Shown piece after piece: positions 31,348 through 41,334 of a DNA stretch of 64,000 nt. Source of the DNA: an uncultured virus (IMG/VR IMGVR_UViG_3300005405_000309). Taxonomy: Duplodnaviria > Heunggongvirae > Uroviricota > Caudoviricetes. The stretch lies in the IMG/VR virus record IMGVR_UViG_3300005405_000309. One strand, given 5' to 3'. The notes under the pieces were generated by a model. The model searched no databases, was not told the DNA's origin, and saw nothing but the letters and a program-made list of their open reading frames with translations. The position numbers were made by a program, and so were the translations under genes. Numbering within the stretch: position 1 is the first letter of the stretch; every line of letters starts with the position of its first letter.

Positions 31348-31845
31348 CTAAAATCCTATAACGAGTTGCCCATTCGCCTCTGGTACAAAAATTGTATGCG
31401 TCTTCTTTTCAAAGGTATCAACGGACTTGCTACTCGTTATAGGTACACTTACTGAATGTTTCTCTAAGAGTTTCATAGCTAGCGCTAACTCTAACTTTTT
31501 TTGCTCTGCATCTAATTCGGCATAAATCGTCGGTGCTTGCAAAGTAACATAACGGGCCATGTCCTGGTTGATTTCCGTATAATCACCCCGCAACCAATGT
31601 CTCCAGTACACCGTTTCAGGATTATTAAGATCAAAATGCTCTACGAATTCTCGGAAACTTAGTCCACTATAATAACCGCGGAAACCAAAAATATCATAGT
31701 GTGCTATAAAATCACAGTGTACATGCAAGTGGTTATAAAGTGACTTCGTGATTAAACCACTGTCCCGCTTATCTATCACCTTTTTGAAATGCTTGAAGAC
31801 CTTCTCCTGCTCTTTACCAGATAGGTATTGAGTATCGGGATACAT
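31348..31845 (-). CDS. Hypothetical plasmid protein
   Basis: LYNHL..CDFIAHYDIFGF motif; GGAGG RBS. Confidence 0.75.
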   Translation of the reverse strand: MYPDTQYLSGKEQEKVFKHFKKVIDKRDSGLITKSLYNHLHVHCDFIAHYDIFGFRGYYSGLSFREFVEHFDLNNPETVYWRHWLRGDYTEINQDMARYVTLQAPTIYAELDAEQKKLELALAMKLLEKHSVSVPITSSKSVDTFEKKTHTIFVPEANGQLVIGF

Positions 31846-31860
31846 GACAATTCCTCCTTG

Positions 31861-32175
31861 TTATTCTTCAACTTCCTCTAACACTTCGGCTACCCCCAAG
31901 ATCATGCCCACTTCAACCAAGAAGGTCCGGCAGGCTCCCCATAACAGTGATAATGCACTTTCCTCAAGAATCTCCTCTTCAGGGGATCGTCGAATCCGCT
32001 CAGTCGGGAAGTCTACGACATTCCCTCTCAATTGTCTGCGAGTTGTTTTTGCATGACTATGACAAGTCACTCTAGCGTTACCACGGTTATCCTTGGCAAT
32101 AACAACTTCTCGCGTATTTGGGTTAGACTTCATCATCCCAACCACATTCTGCCATTGTCTTTCAGTTAAAATCAT
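31861..32175 (-). CDS. Hypothetical protein, first gene after leader D
   Basis: GGAGG RBS before MILTE. Confidence 0.65.
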   Translation of the reverse strand: MILTERQWQNVVGMMKSNPNTREVVIAKDNRGNARVTCHSHAKTTRRQLRGNVVDFPTERIRRSPEEEILEESALSLLWGACRTFLVEVGMILGVAEVLEEVEE

Positions 32176-32287
32176 TAAAAATTCCCTCCTAATAATTCGA
32201 GGCAAAGACAGCTCTCCCCAGCAAAGTGCCAGGAGGGAGCGGCACTTTGCCTTTTATCATTTCTTAAATCAACTTGTTACTTATTAT

Positions 32288-32497
32288 AAAAAAGAGGCCT
32301 CATGTTATTTCGCCGAAAAATGGCAATAAAAACATAAGGCCTCTTGTAATTTTTAAATTTCTGGCACCCCTGAACTAATCCAGAGACAGACGGTAATAAC
32401 GAACCGAAGTCATCCGATTCTTAAACTCTCGTTCGCGCCAATCCATTAGCACGAAGAAACACTATCGCAAAATGCGAAAAAAAATAGTAATTAATAT
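32288..32497 (-). ncRNA. Conserved structured leader/attenuator, copy D
   Basis: TGgTATAAT at 32504-32512, shared core, terminator 32288-32345. Confidence 0.75.
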
Positions 32498-32736
32498 ACT
32501 TGTATTATACCATGCAAGCATAGAAAAAACCACGAGTCCCCCTACACATCATTAATGAATTTTAGCTTTGTCCTTTATGATTGCTGCAATTATTTTACTT
32601 ACCCCCTTAAATTAGATCCCTCGTTCGTATTCGTAATTGGGATATTATTTTATACGAGGAGAAGGGTTAGTGTTGTAATGATTATAAAGCAAAGACTCTC
32701 AACAAATTCTTGTGACATATAAAGACACCCTTCAAT

Positions 32737-35433
32737 TCATTTTACCAATTGCTGATACTTTTCCATCAAGTCAGCAACCCTTTCAGCTTCGGACGAAAAG
32801 CCTTTACCACCATAAACGTTTACAACTATTCTATCAAGAGAATTATGTGCTTTTACGAGTTCTTGAGGCATTGTAAGGGTATCGTATAAATCGGCAAGGG
32901 AGCTGTCAGGGTATAACGCCCTTGCGTCCAAGATTCCTTGTGCGGCCTTTTCAATATCTTCTTTTTGCTTTTCAGAAGGATTTGGCCAGGGGAAATTGTT
33001 ATAAACTATACTTGCAGAATACTGATAATCACTTTTCATTCTGCCGCAAATTGCACGCATCCACCCCATGTGGACTCTTGATATGAGTACACCAAAATGA
33101 TAAAGGGTTGCATTTGGTATTATTAATAAACTTCCATTGGCAATAATATCTGAAGCAATAAGTGATATTGGCATGAATTTTCTATTTTCCGATGACACCT
33201 TTGGTATCGCAAGATAAGTGGCATCAGGTTGGCGAATTTCCCCAAACAATTGCGGTGTATCAGCAAGTTTATTTGTTGCAGTTCTCTTACTAGAATTTCT
33301 AAATTCTTTCGTTTTACCTATTCTCTCCATAGTAAGTTTTGACTTTTGAATATCCTTTGGAGAGATGTTTTTAAGCCACAGACACCAACGAATTGAGTTA
33401 TTAATCAATTCCTCTCCACCAACGTATTTTTTTATAAAAAGCTTAGTAATTGGTTCCTGTTGTATAAAGAGTTCCTTTTCTTCCTCTGATAGGATCAGAA
33501 ACCCATTATCGATTGGCATACTACCATAATTCATCTGTGGAACCGCACATATTGGTGTAGACCTTTTGGTAATAAATATATTACGTGCATCAACCAAATA
33601 TGGGTTAATATTATTTGCAATAATTTCTGTACCATCGCTTTCAAATATTATCTTTTTCCTAATTGAAGTAGCACCACTGAATCCAATAATAACGCAATGA
33701 ACTGCTGCCTTTCCTTTTGCTTCATTATTCCATTTAAATGTGCGATAAGTAAAGATTATATAAATGCCGTACTGTTTTATCAAAGGTTCCCATAGCACCG
33801 CAACTTGTTCTCCCTGAGTAATACTATTCGTAGAGACAAATGCAACTTTTATATTAGTGTTTTGAATATATTCCGCAGCCTTTTTATACCAAGCCGTAAC
33901 ATAATCTAATACATTACAACCTATGTATCCTTTGAAAATCTGTTGAATATCCGCTTTCTGTTCAGATGTTTGTTCTTTTTTTCCTACAAAAGGAGGATTA
34001 CCTAAAATATAATTCAATTCATTTTTCGAAATGACGCTATTCCAATCAGTAGTTAAAGCGTTGCCATGTACAATTGTTGCCGAATGTTTTAGTGGTAAAC
34101 GCGCAAAATACAGTCCAAAATGTTCCGCAACAAGTGTATTCATCTGATGATCGATAAGCCACATTCCAGCCTGTGCAATCTGGCTTGGAAATTCTTCATA
34201 TTCTATACCATAAAACTGATTAACATCTACTTGACAATATGGTGATATATCCATCACCATCTGTCCGCCAGACTCAATGAGCATTTTCAATACTTCAAGC
34301 TCTAAACGACGAAGTTCCCGATATGTGATGATGAGAAAATTTCCGCAACCACATGCTGGATCTAAGAATTTGAGCTTACTGAGTTTTACATGGAATTGTT
34401 GGAGCTGTTTACTGTTTCCCTTAACGTGCTCAAATTCTTCCCATAATTCATCCATAAAGAGTGGCTTAATGACTTTCATAATATTATCTTCGCTTGTGTA
34501 GTGGGCTCCCAATTCTCTGCGTTCTTGCGGGTTCATAACTCCTTGGAACATCGCTCCGAAAATAGCTGGAGAAATGTAACCCCAATAGAGTGTACAACAT
34601 TCGAGAAGTATTTTTCTCATCTTGTTATCGAAATCCGCAAAAGGCAGTCTTTCCTCAAACAACTTTCCATTAATATATGCAAAGCGCTTAAGTTCGTCAG
34701 ATAACATCATTTGCTTGGCACGTAGTTCTGGTGGCATATCAAGCACCTCAAACAAACGGGCAATTCGAGACGATAAATCTGACCCATCTTCCTTTGATTT
34801 TGAGATATAATCGAAAAATATGTTCTTTTCAAAGATACTTGTATCATCAGCAAACATACAGAATAATAGTCTTACTAAATAGACCTCAAGCTGATGTCCT
34901 TCATAACCGTGAGATTTCAAAATGTCGTGGAGCTTTGCCATCTTTACGGCGGCCTTAATATCTACTTCTTTGTCTGTTGGTAATTCAGCAGATGTTTTAT
35001 ATCCTGCTAAGTCTGAAAATAGCTTTACATTTTTGTGAAGCTGCGAGGTTTTGAAATTCCATACTTGTCCAGTGGTATCACGGTATAGTCTTATATTTCT
35101 AAAGTCACAAACCATTATGTATTCAGGCAGATCCTCATCTTCAAGATGAAATGCATAGTCTTTTGCCTGGTTATAGGCTTTGTCCAGACTTTTCCCAATA
35201 GACTTCATCTCAATTAATATTACGCCCTTCCACAAGAGATCTATGTAACCATTCCTATGTTTACCCATATGAACCTTTGTCTCAAAGGTCGCAACACGCT
35301 TACGGTCAACCCCAAAAATACTAAAAAAATCGTTTAAAAAACTCTGTGCTTCAGAATCTTCACCAGTTACATCCTTCCATTTCTTAGAGAAGCTCAATGC
35401 TCTAGCTGTAATATCGTTCCAACTTAATGCCAT
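32737..35433 (-). CDS. MmeI-like type IIL restriction-modification enzyme
   Basis: YIDLLWKGVILIEMKS nuclease motif, GAHYTS, LDPACGCGNF, GNPPF and YNNFPWP. Confidence 0.92.
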   Translation of the reverse strand: MALSWNDITARALSFSKKWKDVTGEDSEAQSFLNDFFSIFGVDRKRVATFETKVHMGKHRNGYIDLLWKGVILIEMKSIGKSLDKAYNQAKDYAFHLEDEDLPEYIMVCDFRNIRLYRDTTGQVWNFKTSQLHKNVKLFSDLAGYKTSAELPTDKEVDIKAAVKMAKLHDILKSHGYEGHQLEVYLVRLLFCMFADDTSIFEKNIFFDYISKSKEDGSDLSSRIARLFEVLDMPPELRAKQMMLSDELKRFAYINGKLFEERLPFADFDNKMRKILLECCTLYWGYISPAIFGAMFQGVMNPQERRELGAHYTSEDNIMKVIKPLFMDELWEEFEHVKGNSKQLQQFHVKLSKLKFLDPACGCGNFLIITYRELRRLELEVLKMLIESGGQMVMDISPYCQVDVNQFYGIEYEEFPSQIAQAGMWLIDHQMNTLVAEHFGLYFARLPLKHSATIVHGNALTTDWNSVISKNELNYILGNPPFVGKKEQTSEQKADIQQIFKGYIGCNVLDYVTAWYKKAAEYIQNTNIKVAFVSTNSITQGEQVAVLWEPLIKQYGIYIIFTYRTFKWNNEAKGKAAVHCVIIGFSGATSIRKKIIFESDGTEIIANNINPYLVDARNIFITKRSTPICAVPQMNYGSMPIDNGFLILSEEEKELFIQQEPITKLFIKKYVGGEELINNSIRWCLWLKNISPKDIQKSKLTMERIGKTKEFRNSSKRTATNKLADTPQLFGEIRQPDATYLAIPKVSSENRKFMPISLIASDIIANGSLLIIPNATLYHFGVLISRVHMGWMRAICGRMKSDYQYSASIVYNNFPWPNPSEKQKEDIEKAAQGILDARALYPDSSLADLYDTLTMPQELVKAHNSLDRIVVNVYGGKGFSSEAERVADLMEKYQQLVK

Positions 35434-35544
35434 TATTTCTATCCCCTCGAATTAAGCATCTTACTGCTAAGAATTCCACATCTTTCTTTCGTATCCCTCC
35501 TTAATAGCAAAATAATTCTAGAAAGAACATAAGATACCAGAGCA

Positions 35545-35934
35545 TTGATTAGAGAAGAGGTTAATGTTGTTATGAGATATAAAGTAAAAGGCTTTAACCG
35601 AAAAAATTTGATATCCTATGTAGCGAAACCCCATTATCCTCTATCGTCATTTGGTTTTTTGGAAATACCGGCACTCGGTAATCAATTCGGATTAACATTA
35701 TATTTACCGTCTCTTAGCAAAGATTATTTTTTATATTTTAAAATAAACAAGACCCATGCTACTCTTAATGTTTATAAAGAGGAAATGGAACTCCCTTTTG
35801 AAATTCCTCATTATGTCGCCAATCCCCAGCAAGAGAAATTATTATTACAAAACAAAGAGCGTATTACAAAGTGGGTATCCCAATGGTTGCTGTACCGCTC
35901 TCTTCCACTCCATCGTGACTTAATATGGAATTGA
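35545..35934 (+). CDS. Hypothetical protein
   Basis: Plus-strand ORF in an otherwise empty gap. Confidence 0.55.
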   Translation: MIREEVNVVMRYKVKGFNRKNLISYVAKPHYPLSSFGFLEIPALGNQFGLTLYLPSLSKDYFLYFKINKTHATLNVYKEEMELPFEIPHYVANPQQEKLLLQNKERITKWVSQWLLYRSLPLHRDLIWN

Positions 35935-36020
35935 CCTCTCATCGTAGTTTGACTATAGAGAGACCAGCGGCAGTTGTGCCTATGGTCTCTCTGATCTTTG
36001 TTTACTCTATACTCATTCTT

Positions 36021-36230
36021 CTACCCTATGGTTCTGAACGAAAGTTGATACCATCCTTTGTCATAATCCCAAAATATCTTCTCTCTCCTTACGTTATACC
36101 TCGCCATCACATCATCCATTACATTATCTAATTCCCAAGCAAAATTAGGATATCTCAAAAAATGATAATTGCCCTCAATATATATGTCGGGACTTTGCAA
36201 TAGATTTAAATCCGAATGCTTGCAACGCAA
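36021..36230 (-). CDS. Small hypothetical protein
   Basis: GGAGG RBS. Confidence 0.55.
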   Translation of the reverse strand: MRCKHSDLNLLQSPDIYIEGNYHFLRYPNFAWELDNVMDDVMARYNVRREKIFWDYDKGWYQLSFRTIG

Positions 36231-36280
36231 ATAATAGAACCTCCTTTGGCATTAAAGTATTCACTCTATGATTTTCTAGG

Positions 36281-37492
36281 CTAAAACAACAACGAACCGG
36301 CCTCTGGAAATCGAAGATAGGCTTGCTTCAAAAACCAATACGATTGATCAGAAATTAAGAACCTCCGGTCCAAATTACTCGCCGCTTTACCTGTGGTACC
36401 AGTTCCAGCGAAAAGATCTGCTACCAAATCTCCAGCATCCGTTAAAAACTTAATAAACCATTCGGGTACCGCAATTGGCATTCTTGCATTGTGTATTTTA
36501 TCTTTAGAAATACCCTGGGCATAGCAAGCTTTCACGAAGTCCCGATCATCTTTACAATAAGGAAACGTCAGGATATTTCCGGGGATAGCACCACCATTAT
36601 CCACCTTAAACGCTGGCGCGATACTTAGATTCGGGCGCTTTTGTCGCTCAAAATTACCAGTCTTGTCTGCCTGTTTCTTTGCCCTGATATAGCTATCAGA
36701 ATAGGGCTTTAAGACATTTCGATTATCCGCCTTCGGAAATGGCGTCTTGGAAAACCAATAGATCTCCTCCACAGCATTCCTCACCCTCACCCTATCTTTC
36801 GTCACCCAAGGCGTTTTAGGGGGTTTATTCCCATCCCAATAGAATTTTCCAGCCACATGAAAGCCGATCCGGTCTTCCAGTGCTATCACCAGACGCTCAA
36901 AATGAGTTGAGAGCACTGGTGCACCCTTCAGGTAAGTCGGGCCTATGTTCAATATAAAGCTACCGTCATTAGCAAGAGTACGAAAGATTTGCTCGGCCAT
37001 AGGCAAAAACCAAGAGACGTATTCTTGTGATTTTACGTTGCCATAATCTAGCGGTGTATTGAGCGGATATGGAGGGCTCGTAAAATGTAGGTTAACTGCT
37101 CCATCCCCAATAGCCCTTGCAACCGTTTGAAATGCTCCAAGAAAACAATCGCCCTTAGGAGTGTAGAATACATGGATCATCACTCCTGGGCGACAGTTTC
37201 TTAGATACTCTTTACCTTTCTCACTAAGTGCCCAAACACCACGTTTCGGAGTTTCTACAAGGCCCTTGTGCTTCAAACTCTCCTTCAACCAGCGTAGATG
37301 TCGATGGAAAGTGTAAAAATTGTTCTTCTCGTCTTTCGCATTGATTTCATCAGGCGTTAATCCCATGCTAAGACCAACTTTTTTATAAATTTCCTTGGGT
37401 TTCGCCTGTCCTCCCGCTTCCTCGATCGAATTAAGGAGCGGAAAGGTGAATTGTATCTGTTTCGGATATCGTTTCGTATTCACCCCAGACAC
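36281..37492 (-). CDS. Beta-class N4C/N6A DNA methyltransferase with Mrr-N-like winged helix
   Basis: N-terminal LRW..LKHKGLVETPKRGVWALSEKG; TSPPY; DLFAGTGTTG. Confidence 0.88.
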   Translation of the reverse strand: MSGVNTKRYPKQIQFTFPLLNSIEEAGGQAKPKEIYKKVGLSMGLTPDEINAKDEKNNFYTFHRHLRWLKESLKHKGLVETPKRGVWALSEKGKEYLRNCRPGVMIHVFYTPKGDCFLGAFQTVARAIGDGAVNLHFTSPPYPLNTPLDYGNVKSQEYVSWFLPMAEQIFRTLANDGSFILNIGPTYLKGAPVLSTHFERLVIALEDRIGFHVAGKFYWDGNKPPKTPWVTKDRVRVRNAVEEIYWFSKTPFPKADNRNVLKPYSDSYIRAKKQADKTGNFERQKRPNLSIAPAFKVDNGGAIPGNILTFPYCKDDRDFVKACYAQGISKDKIHNARMPIAVPEWFIKFLTDAGDLVADLFAGTGTTGKAASNLDRRFLISDQSYWFLKQAYLRFPEAGSLLF

Positions 37493-37495
37493 CCC

Positions 37496-37861
37496 CTATA
37501 ACTTAATTTTTTGCTTAGTGACCACATCAACAACCACAGTGCCGATCCCAAACGCAGCACGCATCTCTGCTAACTCTTCTTCACTGTACTTATGATTGTC
37601 CATTCGTTTTTTATAGGTATCCAAGAATTCTTGTGTTTCCTTGTCACTCATTTGGAGACTCTTCTCAGCGTCAAACTGTTTACCGACAAATTGCCAAAAT
37701 TCCAGAACATCTTTTGGAGGGACAGTGTCATTACTCTTCCACCGCACAACCCCATCTTGTATATACACCTCATGTTCGAAATTTTCACTAAGGCGCTCAG
37801 CTTCAGCACGAAATGGATGAGGTAACTCATGGCTTAATCCCTCAATGTATGAATTACTCAA
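37496..37861 (-). CDS. Hypothetical protein
   Basis: EELAEMRAAFG..VVDVVT motif; RBS present. Confidence 0.7.
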   Translation of the reverse strand: MSNSYIEGLSHELPHPFRAEAERLSENFEHEVYIQDGVVRWKSNDTVPPKDVLEFWQFVGKQFDAEKSLQMSDKETQEFLDTYKKRMDNHKYSEEELAEMRAAFGIGTVVVDVVTKQKIKL

Positions 37862-38240
37862 AGTTGTATTTCTCCTCTCAAAATAGTTAATACAAACCCG
37901 CTCCCTCTAGACAAACGACTAAAGGGAGCGATACGTTGACTCTGCCAAAGCAGCAGATTATGTAAATGCAGAAATACTTTTTCGCTTCATATCGAAGACA
38001 GAATTTACTTTGCTTCAATTTCCTCCCATCCGCAATTAATCCTTAATTTTTCGATGTTCACCAATTGATTTCGTTGTTCCCTTATCTCACAAAAATCTTC
38101 CATAGCGTTTTCTTCCTAAGTTATCCAATAAACTCTGTAATAGACTTTTTTTATCTTTGTTTACCTCCTTACAAAATTTGTGATTAGTAGGACTATCAAA
38201 AGACTCTCCTACATTCTTCGTTCCCTTTAGGACCGCATTA

Positions 38241-38843
38241 CTAGCCTTGGAACAACCGAACCAAGATATTATTGATCTTCAGTGCTTCCTCAATATTCTC
38301 AGAAAGGGTTTTCCCAAGGTAAAGCAACTGCCGATTCCCATCAATAACTTCAATATGGAAATAATACCCTTCAGAATCACCTTTTACCAAGAAAACACTG
38401 ATCCAACGGTAGTCTGGAAATACTTCATCACCTTTTGATTCGTCGTTTGAAGAGATATTAAAGTAATCCAACAGTTCCATAACCTCTTGCTCATTCAACG
38501 CTTGTTTGATATCTTGGAAAACCTCCCCCACGGTTCGCTTACGTTCTAACTTCACATAGCGCAGATCTTCTGGATCAGGCAGATAGATTTCAATTTCTAT
38601 TCTCTCCATAGGCTCTAATTGGCGCACTATATAAAACCGCTTTGCATCTGGTGATGTATAGTAAGGACGAGATTTATCAGTCCCGTCTTTCCCGCCTTCT
38701 ATAACCACATCGTGTCCATTACCTTGAATTGTAAGCGTCTGCCTATCATCCGTTAGATAACCAATATATTGCTTTTTTGCTTCGACGATGGCAACTTCAT
38801 TTTCTGTTAAAGTATCCCGCGAATAAACAAGTAATTTTTTCAT
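38241..38843 (-). CDS. Hypothetical protein
   Basis: AGGAGG RBS. Confidence 0.75.
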   Translation of the reverse strand: MKKLLVYSRDTLTENEVAIVEAKKQYIGYLTDDRQTLTIQGNGHDVVIEGGKDGTDKSRPYYTSPDAKRFYIVRQLEPMERIEIEIYLPDPEDLRYVKLERKRTVGEVFQDIKQALNEQEVMELLDYFNISSNDESKGDEVFPDYRWISVFLVKGDSEGYYFHIEVIDGNRQLLYLGKTLSENIEEALKINNILVRLFQG

Positions 38844-38895
38844 AAGTAAAATTCCTCCTTATTTACATGGGTCTTTCTCCCGTAAATGATTTAGG

Positions 38896-39597
38896 TTAAA
38901 ACACAAGCGAAAGTTGCCCGCTTTCATGATCCACAAGCGGAACGGGCATAGTATCCACTTGTACAGTTGCTTGATCTTTCTCAGTCGTAGTATCAAATCC
39001 TTCTACAACAAGCTCCTCAACACCAGCATTATCCCAATGCCTAGCGGAAAGCTCATCCGCAAACTCTATTGACGATTCCTTAAAAAGAGTTGCTCCTAAC
39101 GAACTCCACTCCGGTCCGTCTTTTTCGGTAACCCTCACGTCTCGTACTGTTCCTGCTTTAGCAAAACGATCTTCTCTCCACTTCCCGTTAATAAGCGTAT
39201 ATTCAAATGCGGGATCAGCATACTGCTTCCCTCCGCTTTGATGCAAAAACCCAATCTGGATCGAAATCCCTTGGCGCTGGATTAACAACTCCGGTTCACC
39301 TGGAAGAGATAAACGCATCCTTAATGCACCGGTCTTCTGATAAAAAGACTTCCATTGCCCATGTGCATGAAGAATGTCTTTGATAACATCCATCAAATTT
39401 ACGTTAGGCTTTTGTTCATCTAGTTTCCGGTGCTTAGCTTCCGCACGGAGGCGTTGTAATCCTGACTTGCGCTTTTCGTTTTCCAAACAGTAGCGGAGCG
39501 TATCATCTGACAAACGCGGGATTGCAGATATATAATTCAGGTCGCCACAGCTGCAGTTAAGTATTCGCGTTGCTTCCGGAAACGGATAGTCACTCAT
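38896..39597 (-). CDS. Hypothetical protein ending QLSLVF
   Basis: GAGGAG RBS. Confidence 0.75.
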   Translation of the reverse strand: MSDYPFPEATRILNCSCGDLNYISAIPRLSDDTLRYCLENEKRKSGLQRLRAEAKHRKLDEQKPNVNLMDVIKDILHAHGQWKSFYQKTGALRMRLSLPGEPELLIQRQGISIQIGFLHQSGGKQYADPAFEYTLINGKWREDRFAKAGTVRDVRVTEKDGPEWSSLGATLFKESSIEFADELSARHWDNAGVEELVVEGFDTTTEKDQATVQVDTMPVPLVDHESGQLSLVF

Positions 39598-39667
39598 AAA
39601 TTATTCTCCTCTCGCAGGTATTAAAAAGGAGAGAGAAAACCCATAGTGTTTCCCTCTCTCCTCAACA

Positions 39668-40096
39668 TTAAGCTACTATTTCGATTCCGTAACAAAAGAC
39701 AGCGTAAGCGCTTCGTTCCTGAGCCTCAAACCGCGATACCCCGACTTCATAGTGGTTTAACCCCTTGAGGGCTTCAATTGGCACCAGGCGCCTTAGCTCA
39801 TCTTCCCTTTGCTCCATCTGTTTTTTGCCCGGTTTACGTGCAAAGTCTGACAACCCAAACTTCTTATATCGTACACGGCAAGGAATTACAAGCACTCCAT
39901 TTGTGATATCAACCTCAGCGGCCGTCTTTTCGATTGTTATTCGATTAATTGTAAATGTCCCCTGCAGACCAGCATCTAAAATACTACGCAATTCAGTCTG
40001 CACCGTCGCCTCTTCTACTTTGATATCATCAACCGACAATTTTTCGCTATACCTACGAAGAGTTTTATTCGTCAATGCGTGTTGTCGAGCATACAA
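39668..40096 (-). CDS. Hypothetical protein
   Basis: ORF in the operon; RBS suggests a start near 40119. Confidence 0.6.
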   Translation of the reverse strand: MYARQHALTNKTLRRYSEKLSVDDIKVEEATVQTELRSILDAGLQGTFTINRITIEKTAAEVDITNGVLVIPCRVRYKKFGLSDFARKPGKKQMEQREDELRRLVPIEALKGLNHYEVGVSRFEAQERSAYAVFCYGIEIVA

Positions 40097-40165
40097 TTCT
40101 TTAACTTTATCTTTTAAAATGTTAAATCCCCCTCGATTTTTAAATATATCAGGCTACCTAAATAC

Positions 40166-40792
40166 TCAACGATTTTGAACGCTCTTGCGGAAATCATGAA
40201 GCAGATATGCAACGCCTTGGGAATGTTTGGTATTGAACCAATGCCAAATCTCATCGCGGCCCGTTCCTGATTTCCATATGTGATAATCCTCTGCTAGAAC
40301 CATTCCAGTATTGTCATCGCAATCGTTATCGAAAGCAACATCCGTCATTTCAAGCCAGATTTTCTCAATTCCTTTGTCTCTCTCAATCGTTAAGGCAAGT
40401 TCGAATAATTCATCCATATTTTGTTCAAATTTTTCCCATACATAGTTATCATTGAGCAAACCTCCCACAATAAATTCAATTTGCTCTAACGTTAAATTGT
40501 GCTGATGCCTTTTGTCGCTGGCTAACACCTCTAACCTAATAGCTTCTTTCATGGTAGCATCTTTGTTTAAAATGGTAACAACCGGGGTTGCTAATTCCCG
40601 TTCATCTTGATTGAGATTAAAGATACCCTTTATATCCTCAATCGCTTTTGATACAACTGCTTCTACTTGAGTCAGTTTCTCCTTAGATAAGCCTTGAAAG
40701 CAAGGATTAATCCTTGTTATTAGCTCGTAATCCTTTTCTGTGTTCGCTATTTTCTTCATGTTTACTGAAAAAAAGTCAATTTCTTCACTCAC
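40166..40792 (-). CDS. Hypothetical protein
   Basis: 208 aa; C-terminal GTGRDEIWHWF motif. Confidence 0.7.
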   Translation of the reverse strand: MSEEIDFFSVNMKKIANTEKDYELITRINPCFQGLSKEKLTQVEAVVSKAIEDIKGIFNLNQDERELATPVVTILNKDATMKEAIRLEVLASDKRHQHNLTLEQIEFIVGGLLNDNYVWEKFEQNMDELFELALTIERDKGIEKIWLEMTDVAFDNDCDDNTGMVLAEDYHIWKSGTGRDEIWHWFNTKHSQGVAYLLHDFRKSVQNR

Positions 40793-40949
40793 CTATTTTC
40801 ACTCCTTACGCCGGAAGGTAGCCCCGGCTTAGCCTTTAGTCATTACTTCTTTGGATAAAATACCAAACTGGAGGTGACGGAATTAACAATACGATTCCGG
40901 TCTCTCCTATACATTATTAACCGCCTCCTAACAAGCCCCGGTACTTCCT

Positions 40950-41324
40950 TCAATAGGGCTTATGATCCTCCCAAATGCAGGCGAAGCCAACCTCTTGCAT
41001 TTTTTCAGCTAATACCTCAGGCTCCACAACTTCTAAATTCTCTAACGTTCCCCATCCCCACAATACAATGTGATCTGGGTGAAAATATGCATCAATGACC
41101 GTCTTTGTCTTCGATTCGCCAGTTTGAGGGTGATAGTCTGGCACATTTGATACAAATTCCATGTGTCTGTCATAAGGCATGTCCATATTACTCCCATCTA
41201 CTTTAAATAACCCTATACACTGGCTAAGTTCATTTCCCCAGCAAATTACTATCGCTGAATCGAATAATCCCTTCCTTATAAAAATAAATAGAAGAAGGCA
41301 ACAAAATTGCCCTCTCCTTAACAA
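40950..41324 (-). CDS. Hypothetical protein, 5' end possibly frameshifted
   Basis: ORF downstream of dnaN. Confidence 0.45.
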   Translation of the reverse strand: MLRRGQFCCLLLFIFIRKGLFDSAIVICWGNELSQCIGLFKVDGSNMDMPYDRHMEFVSNVPDYHPQTGESKTKTVIDAYFHPDHIVLWGWGTLENLEVVEPEVLAEKMQEVGFACIWEDHKPY

Positions 41325-41334
41325 CTACGATTTA

